From positions 735,234 to 799,233 of the forward strand of contig ML992503.1 in NCBI GenBank assembly GCA_010093995.1: DNA of 64,000 nucleotides, in the 5' to 3' direction. This document shows positions 45,855-56,968 of the stretch, in pieces (the stretch's first letter is position 1; every line of letters starts with the position of its first letter). Under the pieces are notes generated by a model. The model searched no databases. It was not told the DNA's origin and saw only the letters and a list, made by a program, of their open reading frames with translations. The DNA comes from Elsinoe ampelina (lineage: Eukaryota). Both the position numbers and the translations under genes were made by a program.

Positions 45855-48000
45855 CTAAAAGCGCCTGTACTTCCTCTTGTACCCACCCGTCACGTTCCCA
45901 CCCTGGAAAGTATCCAAAACAGCCACGCTCAACTGCGGCAAGCTGAAAGCGAAGACACCACTATCATCGGCCGTCACCTCGGTCGACTCGGTGTTGACAA
46001 TGTTCACGCCAGTGAACGGGTCGTTGTAGGCGTAGTTGTCCTCGACCTTGTTCGTCAAGACAGTCAGGTTGGCCTTTGTGCCAGCGGCAACACCATCGAA
46101 GGCCACAGTGATGGGCACATCTGCACCGTCGGTAGTGTTATAGACTGCTCCTTTCCAGACGAGAGCGTCGTTGCGGTTCTCATCCTTGCCGGCACCCCAG
46201 TAGACGGGACCGTAGGCGGACTCGCTGGTGGTGGGCAGGGTGTGAGTGATGGGATGGTGGGCGAAGAGAGACCAGCAGTACCATGTAACGGCGCGGGTGG
46301 TCTGGCTGGAGTCTGCGGTGTACTGGATCAAGGTGATGGGCCACTGGAAGCGGTTCTCGTTCTTGAGGACGGGGGCGTAGAAGGTGCCGGGAATGCGGTC
46401 GGAGTTGCGCTCGTAGCCGATGAGGGAGACGGCTTCGCCCACGGCGCCTTGCCACCAGGGGTACTTGTAAAGGGGGCCTTCCCAGCGGGGAGTCTGACCA
46501 CCGTTCACGTGGGTGGCGGCGACCTCGCCGATGATGTGGCCGATGTCGTTGTCGAAGCGGTCGAACTCACCGACGAGCTCATCTGGACGGCGGTAGGGGT
46601 GGTAGTCGCCGATGGCACCAGGGGTCTTAGAGAAGTCTAGGCCGTTGACAGTGTTGGGGCCGAATGTTTCGCCCTCTGGAGCAGGGTCGCTGGTTGCGGA
46701 GGAAGCGATGATCTGGATATCGGGATACTTGGCCTTGATGGCGTCGTGGAACATCTGGAAGCGGTATTGGCGGTATGACTCCCATCCACCAGGATATCCA
46801 GCAAGCCAGTCCTCGTTGCCGATCTCCACGTAGTTGAGCTCGAAGGGCTCAGGATGGCCTAGCTCAGCACGGCGAGCTCCCCAGGTCGAGTCAGCCGGAC
46901 CATTGACGAATTCAATTTCGTTGAGTGCATCATCGATGAAAGGCTGAAGGTCTGCTTGAGGGGCCACGTCGCCATTGAGTGCGAGACCGGCCCAGACGCC
47001 GATCACAATTTGCAGGCCCATATCCTCTGCCCACTCAAGGTACTCGAGCATACCGAGACCATGAGTCTGCTGATAGCCCCACACACCTTGGAAGCCTGGA
47101 CGTTCCTTGAGAGGACCAAGGGTGTCTTTCCAGTCCCAGTATGTGGTATTCTCGAGACCCTCGAGCATGTTGCCGCCAGGGAAGCGAAGGAAGGTCTGGT
47201 CGGAATTAGTGATAGAAATTACTAGGCAACATGGTGACGTACAGGGTTCATGTCCGCAAGAGCCTGGGCAATATCGACGCGGAGACCATTCTTCCTGTTC
47301 TTGTAGGTCGGTGGGAAGAGACTGATCAGATTGAAGTCAAGCGATGCGGTAGCGTCGAAGGTGATGGCGAGTGTGTTGTTGGAGTTGGGCGCAACCGCCT
47401 CCGGGACAAGCTCGAAAGTGTGCTCGGTCCACTCATCCTCGACGGACTTGGACTCCACCTCGACAGAGGCGAAGACCTCGTCTGTAAGGTTGGACTGGAT
47501 CGCCGCAGTAAAAGAGCCCTCGTAGGCACCCTTGACCCAGAATGACCCGGTGTAGGTCTGCGGCCGGATGTCCATGCCCCAGTAGCCCTCGTTCTTGAAG
47601 CCGATCTTGCCGGTGCCGTTGGTGGCGGTGGCGCTCACGCGCATGGATGCGGGGAGTGCCTCTGAAAGGGGAGCCTCGAGGAATTGGATGCTTAGGTTGG
47701 CGGCGTTGATGGGGAAGTAGTGGGCGGTAGAGACAGGGAATGCCCGACTGAATTGGAAGGCTCGGTTCTGGACCAGCTCGGCGTAGATACCGCCATCACC
47801 AGAGTTGTTGATGTCCTGGTAAGGTCAGTATGATACATGGTAGTTGAGAGGAGTACACGAACCTCGTGGAGGAATCCATAGCCATAAGGGTGTCCGAACT
47901 TGCCAGTCAGGTTGCCACCCGTACCTTGAACAGCAATATCGATGGCGGCGACAGACGCGGCGCAGCCAAGCGCGGCGACAGCTTGTGTGAGCTTGACCAT
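45855..48000 (-). CDS. Secreted GH51 alpha-L-arabinofuranosidase (multi-exon)
   Basis: Signal peptide MVKLTQAVAALG; GFLHE-DINNSGDGGIYAELVQNRAFQ, NEGYWG, RFPGGNMLEG, VEIGNED, DYHPY, IGEVA; short introns near 47820-47860 and 47195-47240. Confidence 0.93.
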
Positions 48001-48594
48001 TTTGCAGCAGTCAAGGGGCGTGTACTCAGTGGGACCAGGGATGAGCTATAGGCCATCTTATACAAACCCAGTCGGCCATTGAGGTGATCAATTACCCACC
48101 GGAGACACGTGAAAACCATACTCTCAAGTTCCTAATGCGGCTGGTGGGAAGAGCAAAGCCATCCGGCAGATGGCCCTTCTTCGGCCTTGAGGCTAACAGC
48201 ATTTCGCCTCCCGAATCGTGGTCAGCGGGCGGTGTGAAAGGTACATCACTGGTGGAACTTGGGCTCCACGGTGCGCTATGGTCAGAAAACAAGCGGGGCG
48301 AGAGATTGTGACGGGTTGTTTCTCTCCAGATTCCCCAGGGACCAAGACCTGGGTGAGCACGACGATCATTACGCAAAGTTTTATATTGCCGCCAATTTCC
48401 AAGCCAAGTATGAGGGAGCCCTGGATGGCCCGTGTCTTGTCTGCGGGGGTGAGCTCGGAGTGAAAGTGGGGGAGAGCCATGGATCAAGGGAAACTTCATT
48501 TTTCCATCTGCCTGTCATAATTTATCCGGCTAGCATATGGTTGTTCCTGCGAAGGGCATATAAGAACTTGGGCGCCCAGGAATGCTTGGCCACC

Positions 48595-50457
48595 TCATGC
48601 TCTGCCAAGTCCGAGCAGCACCAGATTCGCTACGTTCATGATGACGATAATCAGCCAAATTACCCCTGCAAGTGCCGCAACCCACCACGAATTAGCCATC
48701 TTCACCTGTTGGTCGCCGCCAGCATCGCCACTCTCTGTACCCGTGTCGCTTGATCCACGCTGCTCCAAAGATCCCCGCCCTTCGATGTGGTAGCTTGCTC
48801 GTCCAGAATTGACCGTCATATACTTGTTGAAACAGGTGTACCAGATCAGGGGAGCCGATACAAATGGTAAGACAATGCTAAGAGCTACTTGGCTGCCAGT
48901 CAAGGCATCATTGAGCTTCTCCCGTCCTGCGGCACCGGCAATGATAATGCTCGGCGTAATGCTGATGCTGCGAGTGACCAGCCGTCGCAGCCAAGGCTTC
49001 ATCCGCCACTTCAGGGCACCTTCCGCAACCATCTGACCAGAGATGGTGCAGATGATGCCAGCTGATACTCCAGAGAACAGCAGCGCCAGCGCGAACAAAG
49101 TACCAGCATTCTTGCTGATGCTCATAACCAAGAGGTCGTGAATGCCGAAGATGTCAGACTCCAATGCCTTGTCGTTATTGTACAGACTGGCTCCAGCGAC
49201 GATGAGGATGGCACTGTTGACGAAGAGCGCGAAAGTGAACAGCGATATGGCGAGCTCGGCGTAGGAGTACTTGAGCGAGTGCTTGATCGCTCGGAGGCTC
49301 GGAATGTAGAAGACTTTGTCGTAGTCCCTGAGACTGGTCGAATTCGAGTCCTCTTGAGGTGGGTCTGGCAAGAGCCCTTTCTTTCCGTCATAGTCCCGGA
49401 GCCGGCTCTGTACCATACCCGAGCCAAGGTAGAGGGAGTGTGGCATGACAGTGGCTCCCAAAATACCACACGCCTGATACAGACCCTTCGACTCAGTCAC
49501 AGCGCTATTCGGGATATAGCCTTTGAAGACTTCGCCTGGTGTAACACCTTCGATGAGAGACAGCTGTATGCAAAAGCAGACTACCACACCCAGGACAAGC
49601 GCGGCGACAAAGAATTCAAAGCCTCGTAAAGCTTTCATGGAGCCGTCCGGTCGGTAGAACAGCAGAATGAGCATAACATCAAGGATGGACAGAGCGCACC
49701 CAGCTACGAGCGGGATCTTCGGGCAGAGCAGATTGAGTGCGATAGCTGTACCGATGACTTCGGCAATGTCTGTAGCTATGATGGCTGCCTCGGCCATTCC
49801 GTAAAGAATGTAGTTGAGCCAACGTGGTAGGAAAGCCCGATTTGCTTCGGCAAGGTTTAGACCAGTGACACTTCCTAGCTTAATCGAGAGGCTCTGTAGC
49901 ATGATGGCGAACAAATTGCTGATGAGGACGATGAACAGCAGCCGGAAGCGGTACGATGAGCCTGCTTCGATGGCGGTGGCGTAGTTACCAGGATCAACTA
50001 CCAGGGTCAGTACCTCTTCTGGTAGGTACACATAGACATGTCACTCACTGTATGCTACAGAGACAAGAAATCCAGGTCCGATAAATCTCCCAAAGGTCCT
50101 GACTGCCTTGAGGGTCCTGGCAAAAGGCGTGCCCCTACTCGTCCTTTCTTGGCCGGTAAGACTGCGGCTTGCGGACGACTGAGCCACGTTGTTGTTCGAA
50201 GGTCTTCTGAGTGAGGCTCCTGTGCCAGCTATATGCTGCAGCATCGTGTCGCGATCCTTGCCCCCCCGTAAGCTCAAATTCGCTACATCCGGTATGTCGG
50301 AGCTATCGTCTATCCGATCGTCAAGTTGTCGATGTGTGCGGGTATTGCTAATACCATTCATGTCTTCGTTTGTCGTCAGGTCATTAGAGAATCGATTCGG
50401 ACTCTGGTTATAGCCGTCTCCCTCGAAAGGTTCGTCTGTCCTGGATGTCTTATTCAT
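48595..50457 (-). CDS. NRAMP-family Mn2+/divalent metal transporter (Smf1/Smf2-like), one intron at ~50000-50049
   Basis: FIGPGFLVSVAY / DPGNYAT, IIATDIAEVIGTAIA, ILGATVMPHSLYLGS, GQMVAEG, SQVALS motifs. Confidence 0.95.
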
Positions 50458-51086
50458 GACGACTGTCTCGACGGCCGAACGCCGACCTCTTAAATAGTCT
50501 TGCGCAGTAGAGTTTTGCTGTACAGCATTTGCTCTTTGCGTGCGAAATCAAAGATCAACTAGGTCAGAATTATAGGGAAAGCGTCAAAGCAAGCTGCGCG
50601 AAAAGGAAAAGAGGGGATTTAGGACGTTTGACTTGTGTATGCTGACGTTGATGGTGTCCATCCACCATCGAAAAAGGATCGGGTCCAGCCCAGACAGAAA
50701 GGCGGCTCCGCTTTTGCTTCCTCGGCTGCCGAGGGCGTCCAAATGCTTGGCGAGCTTGTCGCAGAGCCGCAAACCCACCTCGACCTCTGCCTTGCAGCTC
50801 TCCATCTCTGGCATTTATTACACGCACACCCTGGTTCGTTTTCGGCGTAGTTATCGCTCATCGTCGGGGGCCGGACCAAGTGCTCGCCGACAGTCGTTAC
50901 ACTTGCCGAATCTGGTGACATTGCTAGTGAACAGCTAAGTTCAAGGCCACCAACACATTGCGGTGAGTCCGAAAAGACACCGTGCTGACTAAACTATAAT
51001 CACCACATATAATCGAGCATAATCTCCTGACATCCTCCGACCTGGTGCGCGTGCTCGATCAAGACCAAAGCCATATTCATACCGTC

Positions 51087-51725
51087 ATGCAGCCGGTCCA
51101 GGATCCTGCGCAATCTGCCCGCCTGGTATACAGGCCAGCAGAATCTCCACAGGATGACACCTTCTTCCAGACGATCAATAATGACAGAGTCGGCTACATG
51201 AATAGCAATGGAGCCAATGCTCTGCTCTCCAACAATGCCAATGCCAAGCGATTTCAGGACTATGTCTCCGGCAAAGCTCTTCTCGGCGCTGTAATCTGCC
51301 TCCCACCATCCTCATCATCTGACGCTGCCACGTCACCAGATATCAAGGAAGGAACATCAGAAAAACCCAAACCTACGCCGATAGGTTGCATCCACCTTCA
51401 GCCTTCGAGTCCGGAGATGGCCCACCACCGGCACACAGAAATCGGCATCGACATCCTGCCAGAGTGGCAAGGCAAGGGCTATGGCGGAGAGGCGATCAGC
51501 TGGGTGCTTGATTGGGCTTTCGATCGCCTCAACCTGCACAAGGTCATGATCCGGGCCTTCGAATACAATGAAGGTGCTATCCGGCTTTATGAGCGAATTG
51601 GATTCAGTAGAGAGGGGCGATGGAAGGAGTACCTGTGGCATGATGGACGGTATTGGGATGACATTCAGTTGGGAATGCTGGCGAGGGAGTGGAAAGAGAT
51701 CAAAAACAATCGAGCGCAGAGTTGA
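51087..51725 (+). CDS. GNAT acetyltransferase (RimJ/RimL-like)
   Basis: EIGIDILPEWQGKGYGGEAISW, NEGAIRLYERIGF, REGRWKE; first ATG at 51087. Confidence 0.9.
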   Translation: MQPVQDPAQSARLVYRPAESPQDDTFFQTINNDRVGYMNSNGANALLSNNANAKRFQDYVSGKALLGAVICLPPSSSSDAATSPDIKEGTSEKPKPTPIGCIHLQPSSPEMAHHRHTEIGIDILPEWQGKGYGGEAISWVLDWAFDRLNLHKVMIRAFEYNEGAIRLYERIGFSREGRWKEYLWHDGRYWDDIQLGMLAREWKEIKNNRAQS

Positions 51726-52026
51726 GTGATCCTCGATCCAAGGGGTGGGGTTGACATTGTCAAGAACGTTGGCGTCGGCGATGCGGAACATGTTGTGCTC
51801 TTTCGTGTATCGAATTGATACACGTGCAGCCACTCCACGACCTGTGTATGGGCTGCACTTATTGGGCTTAAACTTGACATCTCATTTGTCTTTGAGCGCT
51901 TCTTTGAAGTCACCGACAGATGGGACTGTCATCTTCTCATCAGTTCGTCGTACGATGGATATAGGATTGCACAGGGTGAGCCAGGCGAGAAGAGAAAGGC
52001 AGAAGAGATAGAGAATGAGTCTCATA
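51726..52026 (-). pseudogene. Small secreted protein, or its pseudogene (in-frame TGA after 47 aa)
   Basis: MRLILYLFCLSLLAWLTLCNP signal peptide and an RR motif; the frame stays open after TGA 51882-84 (DVKFKPNKCSPYTG...). Confidence 0.4.
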
Positions 52027-52755
52027 TTCGCCGTTGATGTGGAGGCATTGATCGGGTTCAAAGAAGCGATGATGAGTGAGTCTGGTAGGTGTTCATCTTT
52101 CCCCAAGTCGCACAGCATCAATATATATCAAAGCTTCCTCAGCACTGTTGTGGAAATGACAAGCCATCTGTGAGGTAGAGCTCATGGTGGTACCTTAATG
52201 ACAAAGTCCACTTTCGCGTCGAATTTGTCCGTTCTTCTGTGTCATCATCCAACAATCGAGGCTCGAGAATTACCACATTATGGTCTTCTCAAGTTTTGAT
52301 ATCCTGCCTTGTAGACAGGGGAGCATTTTATGATTTGATGTGAGACGTAGGTGTGATACAGACTACCCCTGGAGATATGCAGCGGGGTGGGTTCATGAAG
52401 AACATCCAATCGACATGTCTGCTGCATCTGCCACGACACAGAGTCACCGACACGCTATCGGCTATCAGCCGTGACGGAGGCTCCGATTTGTCAAGGTGTC
52501 AGGAGGATTGCCCATGAGCTGGAGCGAAGCTCATGCAGTGCAGAATTACCTGACACCTTCCACTTCTCGATAGAATGCTATGAAACTGATGACATGTCAC
52601 CTCCGTCATCGGTGTCACATATCACACTCTTAGGCATCGCTGTCCTGCATTCCAGGTTTCGGCAGCAACTTGGCGTCTGAAATTGTTCCACCTCCATTAA
52701 CGAATCCTCACATGACACCTCGCCAACTGGTTATCGCATCTCAGGCATTGTCAAG

Positions 52756-53600
52756 ATGTTCTCGCTTTCGCCCCAACAAGAGGCGGTCATGGAGATATTC
52801 GCGACCCAGCCATTGGAAGATGCGCTCCTCCAATTCCAGCAGTCAGGCGCCTCGCTCAGTCCGAGATCACAGACATCGCTGTCCGCCTGGATGATAATCG
52901 ACTCCTGCATCATATCCTTGCCGAGAATACTTCTACTCCACTACATCGCTACATGCCCTTCTGGAATCTCATCAAAAAGCAGGACACCTCCAAGCTTTAG
53001 CTTCTGCTAGTTGCTGGCTTCGAAATCAAAGAGAATCTCGGGAATTACTGGGGCTCTCCACTTACTGTACCCTCTCGATCTTCTTCCGCTCCGCACCCGA
53101 CTATATTCAGTGGCTTCTCGAAAATGGCGCCGATCCCAACGGCGATGCATCTGGCGTCGATTATACCGGCACACCTTTGCGACTCCTCTTGGAGCGGTCA
53201 CGGACAGATGTTGTCTCCCCAGTGGCAAGGATGCTGACAGGATCTGGAGCGAATGTCGATCAGTCCAAAGCATTGCACAAGGCTGCCATGGACGGAAAGC
53301 TCACCTGGGCTAAAGCTCTGATCGAAGAGTTCGGGGCGGATGTTGATGGGGAAGACTTCGACCCATTCTATTATTATGCGGAAATTACCAGGAAGAGAGG
53401 GATCGGAAGTCCCCTACATTACGCCGCTCGCCTGCCCGGCTCCGAGATGGCAAGCTACCTGATCTCAAAGGGAGCCAGCCTCAGCAGCAAAGACAACATC
53501 GGCCGCACACCACAACAAGTCGCAGAGCATGAAGGAAATACCACACTCGCCTCGTATTTTGCGACTATAGGCACTAAGCAGACATCATCAAACAACCCAC
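52756..53600 (+). pseudogene. Ankyrin-repeat protein pseudogene
   Basis: Ankyrin motifs YIQWLLENGADPN, ALHKAAMDG, GSPLHYAA...YLISKGAS...DNIGRTP; frameshifts and an in-frame TAG (~52998) in the 5' half. Confidence 0.75.
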
Positions 53601-53613
53601 ATCATTCCCCAGC

Positions 53614-54321
53614 TCACCAAACCCTCTCCACAACCCACCCCTCCCCACCCTGCCTCCCCTCCAGAAACGGCCTAAAAATCTCCCTCACAATCACCTCCGG
53701 CTCACTCTTCGTCTGCCACCCTCCTCCCTCCTTGGGCATAATCGCCTCCACAACAAGCGGCATACCCACCAGAATCCCCTTCTCCCCGAGCACATCCACA
53801 AACATCCTACTCACCGCCTGACTCGCCGCTTTCGCCGCCGTGAGACTCGCGACGTGCGCATTGGGATCCTTGTCCAACGTCCCGCCCGTGACGAGGAACA
53901 AGGGCTTCAGGCCCCCGGTAGGTGAGGAGGGGGCGTTGTCCGCGAACCATTGCCCAGCGACCAGTGTCCCGACAGCAGCGACGCGGAAGTCCTGCACGAA
54001 GACCTCGGGGTCGGTGCCAAGGAGAGGAGTGGGCTGGACGCGAGCGGCGTTGTAGATGAGGACGTCGACGTGGGCCAGTTTCTGCTTCAGGGCGTCGAGG
54101 GCGGTGGTGAGGCTTGTGGGGTCGGAGGCGTCGGCGGCATGGGTGAAGACTGGGGTGGAGGGGTGGAGAGAGGAGATCTCGGAGGAGAGGGAGGAGAGAG
54201 TGTCGGGGTTGCGGGTGATGAGGCCGAGGGAGTAGGATTGGCCGGCGAGGTGCAGGGCGAGGGAGCGGGAGATGAAGGGGCCGATGCCGATTATGATGGC
54301 TGTTTGGGCGGAGGGGGACAT
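53614..54321 (-). CDS. Short-chain dehydrogenase/reductase-like protein
   Basis: Rossmann-like AIIIGIGPFIS, DVLIYNAA, FLVTGG, ASLTAAKAA; ATG at 54321. Confidence 0.85.
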   Translation of the reverse strand: MSPSAQTAIIIGIGPFISRSLALHLAGQSYSLGLITRNPDTLSSLSSEISSLHPSTPVFTHAADASDPTSLTTALDALKQKLAHVDVLIYNAARVQPTPLLGTDPEVFVQDFRVAAVGTLVAGQWFADNAPSSPTGGLKPLFLVTGGTLDKDPNAHVASLTAAKAASQAVSRMFVDVLGEKGILVGMPLVVEAIMPKEGGGWQTKSEPEVIVREIFRPFLEGRQGGEGWVVERVW

Positions 54322-54796
54322 GGTGGTCGATTGGTGGGGAGAAGGTGTCTGTTCGTGGGACAGGAGGGAGGGGGATGATGAAAGGGTGGAGTTCAATGCT
54401 TTATGTCGAAGACGTACAAGCTAGATGCTGTAGATGGAGCTGAGATTGAGCACGTGTATTGGGGTTCATGGCTGCGGGTAGGTGTAGTTGGGCTTACGTC
54501 AGAAACGAATTCCGTCAGCGAATCGTCGAGCTGTGGCGATCGCATTTGCAAGCTTAATTTTGACTTCGAATCAAAGTATGCACGCTTTCGATATGTGATA
54601 GGTGCGTGTCCATTAATAAATTGGTGGCCCTGGACATGAGATCTGGTAGGAGATGATGAGCAAGGCATGCTCGGGGGCCTTACCAAGACATAGGGCGATG
54701 AGGCTCTACGATCACGTGATCAGCGACGGTGACCAGCAAAAAGACTATAACCTAACTCAACTACGACCGGTGTACCAGGGCTTCTCAACTCATTCC

Positions 54797-54933
54797 GAGG
54801 AGGACTTGATTTGAACCCGAGGCCTTTGCTCTGTGTCAGAGCTACGCCGAGAATAGGAGATATTCTTAACTCGGTCAACTGCTTTTGAGGGCAGAGACTT
54901 GGTTTTCGCTACTTAACCACTGAGCCAAAGCTC
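54797..54933 (-). ncRNA. tRNA-like / Pol III promoter-containing element (not a canonical tRNA)
   Basis: A box TGGCTCAGTGG (54927-54917), B box GGTTCAAATC (54817-54808), T5 run at 54742-54738, TATA-like sequence at ~54972-54978; acceptor and T stems pair poorly. Confidence 0.5.
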
Positions 54934-55229
54934 ACACGTTGTTCGCTGGGGTACGGACGGCGAATGTGACAATATATAGTTAGTCTTACTGTGGGGGGAC
55001 TTGGCGGCATGTGACAGCAGGTGAGGTGAGAGGACATGGGTGAATATCACATTGCATTTCCAATTCACCATGAATGAATGTCTTAAGTATCTATTTGAAA
55101 GAATGGTAGTAAGTCATGTACAGTCATGACAGCAGTCTTACATGCTGCGTATGCCCCTCATTGATCATAGCTCACTGAGCATGTTCATAGCTTTCCAGAG
55201 CTGATCATCAAATCATAGTCGAGCACAAC

Positions 55230-55892
55230 TCAACCGAGGCAAGCCTGCTCGCTTCCATCAAGCTTGACGTTCATGACAGCAAGGTCGGTCTTCACCTGGG
55301 AATAGCCTGCCAATGCTCCGTCGGCGCAGTAGACGGGGTTCGGTCCAGTACACTTCTGATCCTTCCCCATGGTGCAGCAGTCGTTGACAAAGTCAAGAAG
55401 AACACCATTCTGAGCGACCCAGGAGTTCGGCGAGCTGGCCTGGCACTCGTTGAGGAAGTTGGGGCTGAGGGCGAGGAAGGGAAGCTTCTTCTGTCCGTCC
55501 TCTTCGTAGTAGATGAGGTCCTCGCACTGGTCCATGGTGACGGGGAAGACCTCCATCGGGGTACCACCGTCGTAAGCAGCGGCGTTGCCTTCTGGCGTGT
55601 CGGGCTGACCCTTGAGCTCGACGTACCGCTTCCAGCTGATATCGTACACAGTCGGGGCAGATGATGTACCGATGGTAAGGACAGTCTTCTCGATACCAGT
55701 CGCAGGGTTCCGGACCTTGGCGCAGATACTGTCACAGTCTCCAGTGGTCGGCCAGTATGCGACGGCGTTGGTATTGACTTTGCAGCCAAGAACGCCGATG
55801 GTGGAGCGGTACTCGACATGGCCTGTGACTGTCTGCAAGGTGGCGGCGGTAAAGGCAGCAAGCCCACCGAGGGCGATGAGTAACGAATTCAT
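55230..55892 (-). CDS. Small secreted Cys-rich cerato-platanin-like protein
   Basis: Signal peptide; YRSTIGVLGCKVNTNAVAYWP...CDSICAKV, YDISW; 10 Cys in 220 aa. Confidence 0.75.
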   Translation of the reverse strand: MNSLLIALGGLAAFTAATLQTVTGHVEYRSTIGVLGCKVNTNAVAYWPTTGDCDSICAKVRNPATGIEKTVLTIGTSSAPTVYDISWKRYVELKGQPDTPEGNAAAYDGGTPMEVFPVTMDQCEDLIYYEEDGQKKLPFLALSPNFLNECQASSPNSWVAQNGVLLDFVNDCCTMGKDQKCTGPNPVYCADGALAGYSQVKTDLAVMNVKLDGSEQACLG

Positions 55893-56968
55893 TTCTGTAG
55901 GGACTGTGGTTGGATCTGTTGAAGGAGCGATAAGACAAGAAAGACGTAAAGACTGCGGTCCAGATCGATACTGGGTGGTGAAAAAGAATGGAATGAATCT
56001 ATGAACTCAATATAAAACATGAAAGGGCAAGAGGCTTTATGTATTTTTCGATCCAACATTATCGACCCACAATAAGTTTTCATATACAAAGCGACATGCT
56101 TGCCATGTGCTACGGCATGCTTACGGACTGCGGGATCCATAGAGGGTCGGCTGAAGTCAAGAAAGTCGGCGAGCAACCACGAGCGAGAAGAGAATGCAGG
56201 GTGACGTGAGAGGCTATGATCTACACGCATGGCAGACAGCGCCAGGTACGGCGAAACCATCATTGGTCGGGTACCTGGCCGCTTCAGGAGGCATACCAAG
56301 CGGCGGGTGAACGTGGCATCGTTTCCATTCAGAATTCAGCACGTTGAGGTGGGGTGGAGAAAGATGTTCTTGGTCCCACTACCAGGATGTCCGGAGAGGT
56401 CTTCTCCGTCCAGCATGGTATGTTGAAGTGGATTTGTGGGTCGAGTGGGCTTGAAGACTTTGTCGTCGCAGCCGTGCCGAATGTCTGAGATCTCCTCTTG
56501 TCGAGTCTTCGGAGCAAGTGGCTTCAACAAGACCCTTCTGATATGGAGTAGGCTGCGATGTCAACAAGCCAGTCTCGTAGAGCCTATCAAAGACTCCCTG
56601 CCTCTCCTCCAGGGAAGCAGGGCTGAGGGACGCGGCAGTAGGCTGAGGTTTTGCAGCCGCACGAGGAGTGCGGTTCCGGATGCCGTTGTCTCTCAAGCTT
56701 GCATCACCGAGGCGTACCCTCCCTCCTGTTCGGATACAAGGACTTTCGATTCCATGGCCCGCGAGATGGGTGGGATGAGAAAAATGACAAGGGAGAAAGA
56801 AAACGCGGACAAGATCGGCGACCCGGATTTCCCGATTTGCGCCGAACCACTCCACTGCTTGACATGGCATTCTCATCCGCACGCAATCTTCGAGCATGTC
56901 AACCTGCCCCGGTATCATTAAAACCTCACTACTTCTTTGACAACCAGAGCTATTCTGAGCCAGCAATT

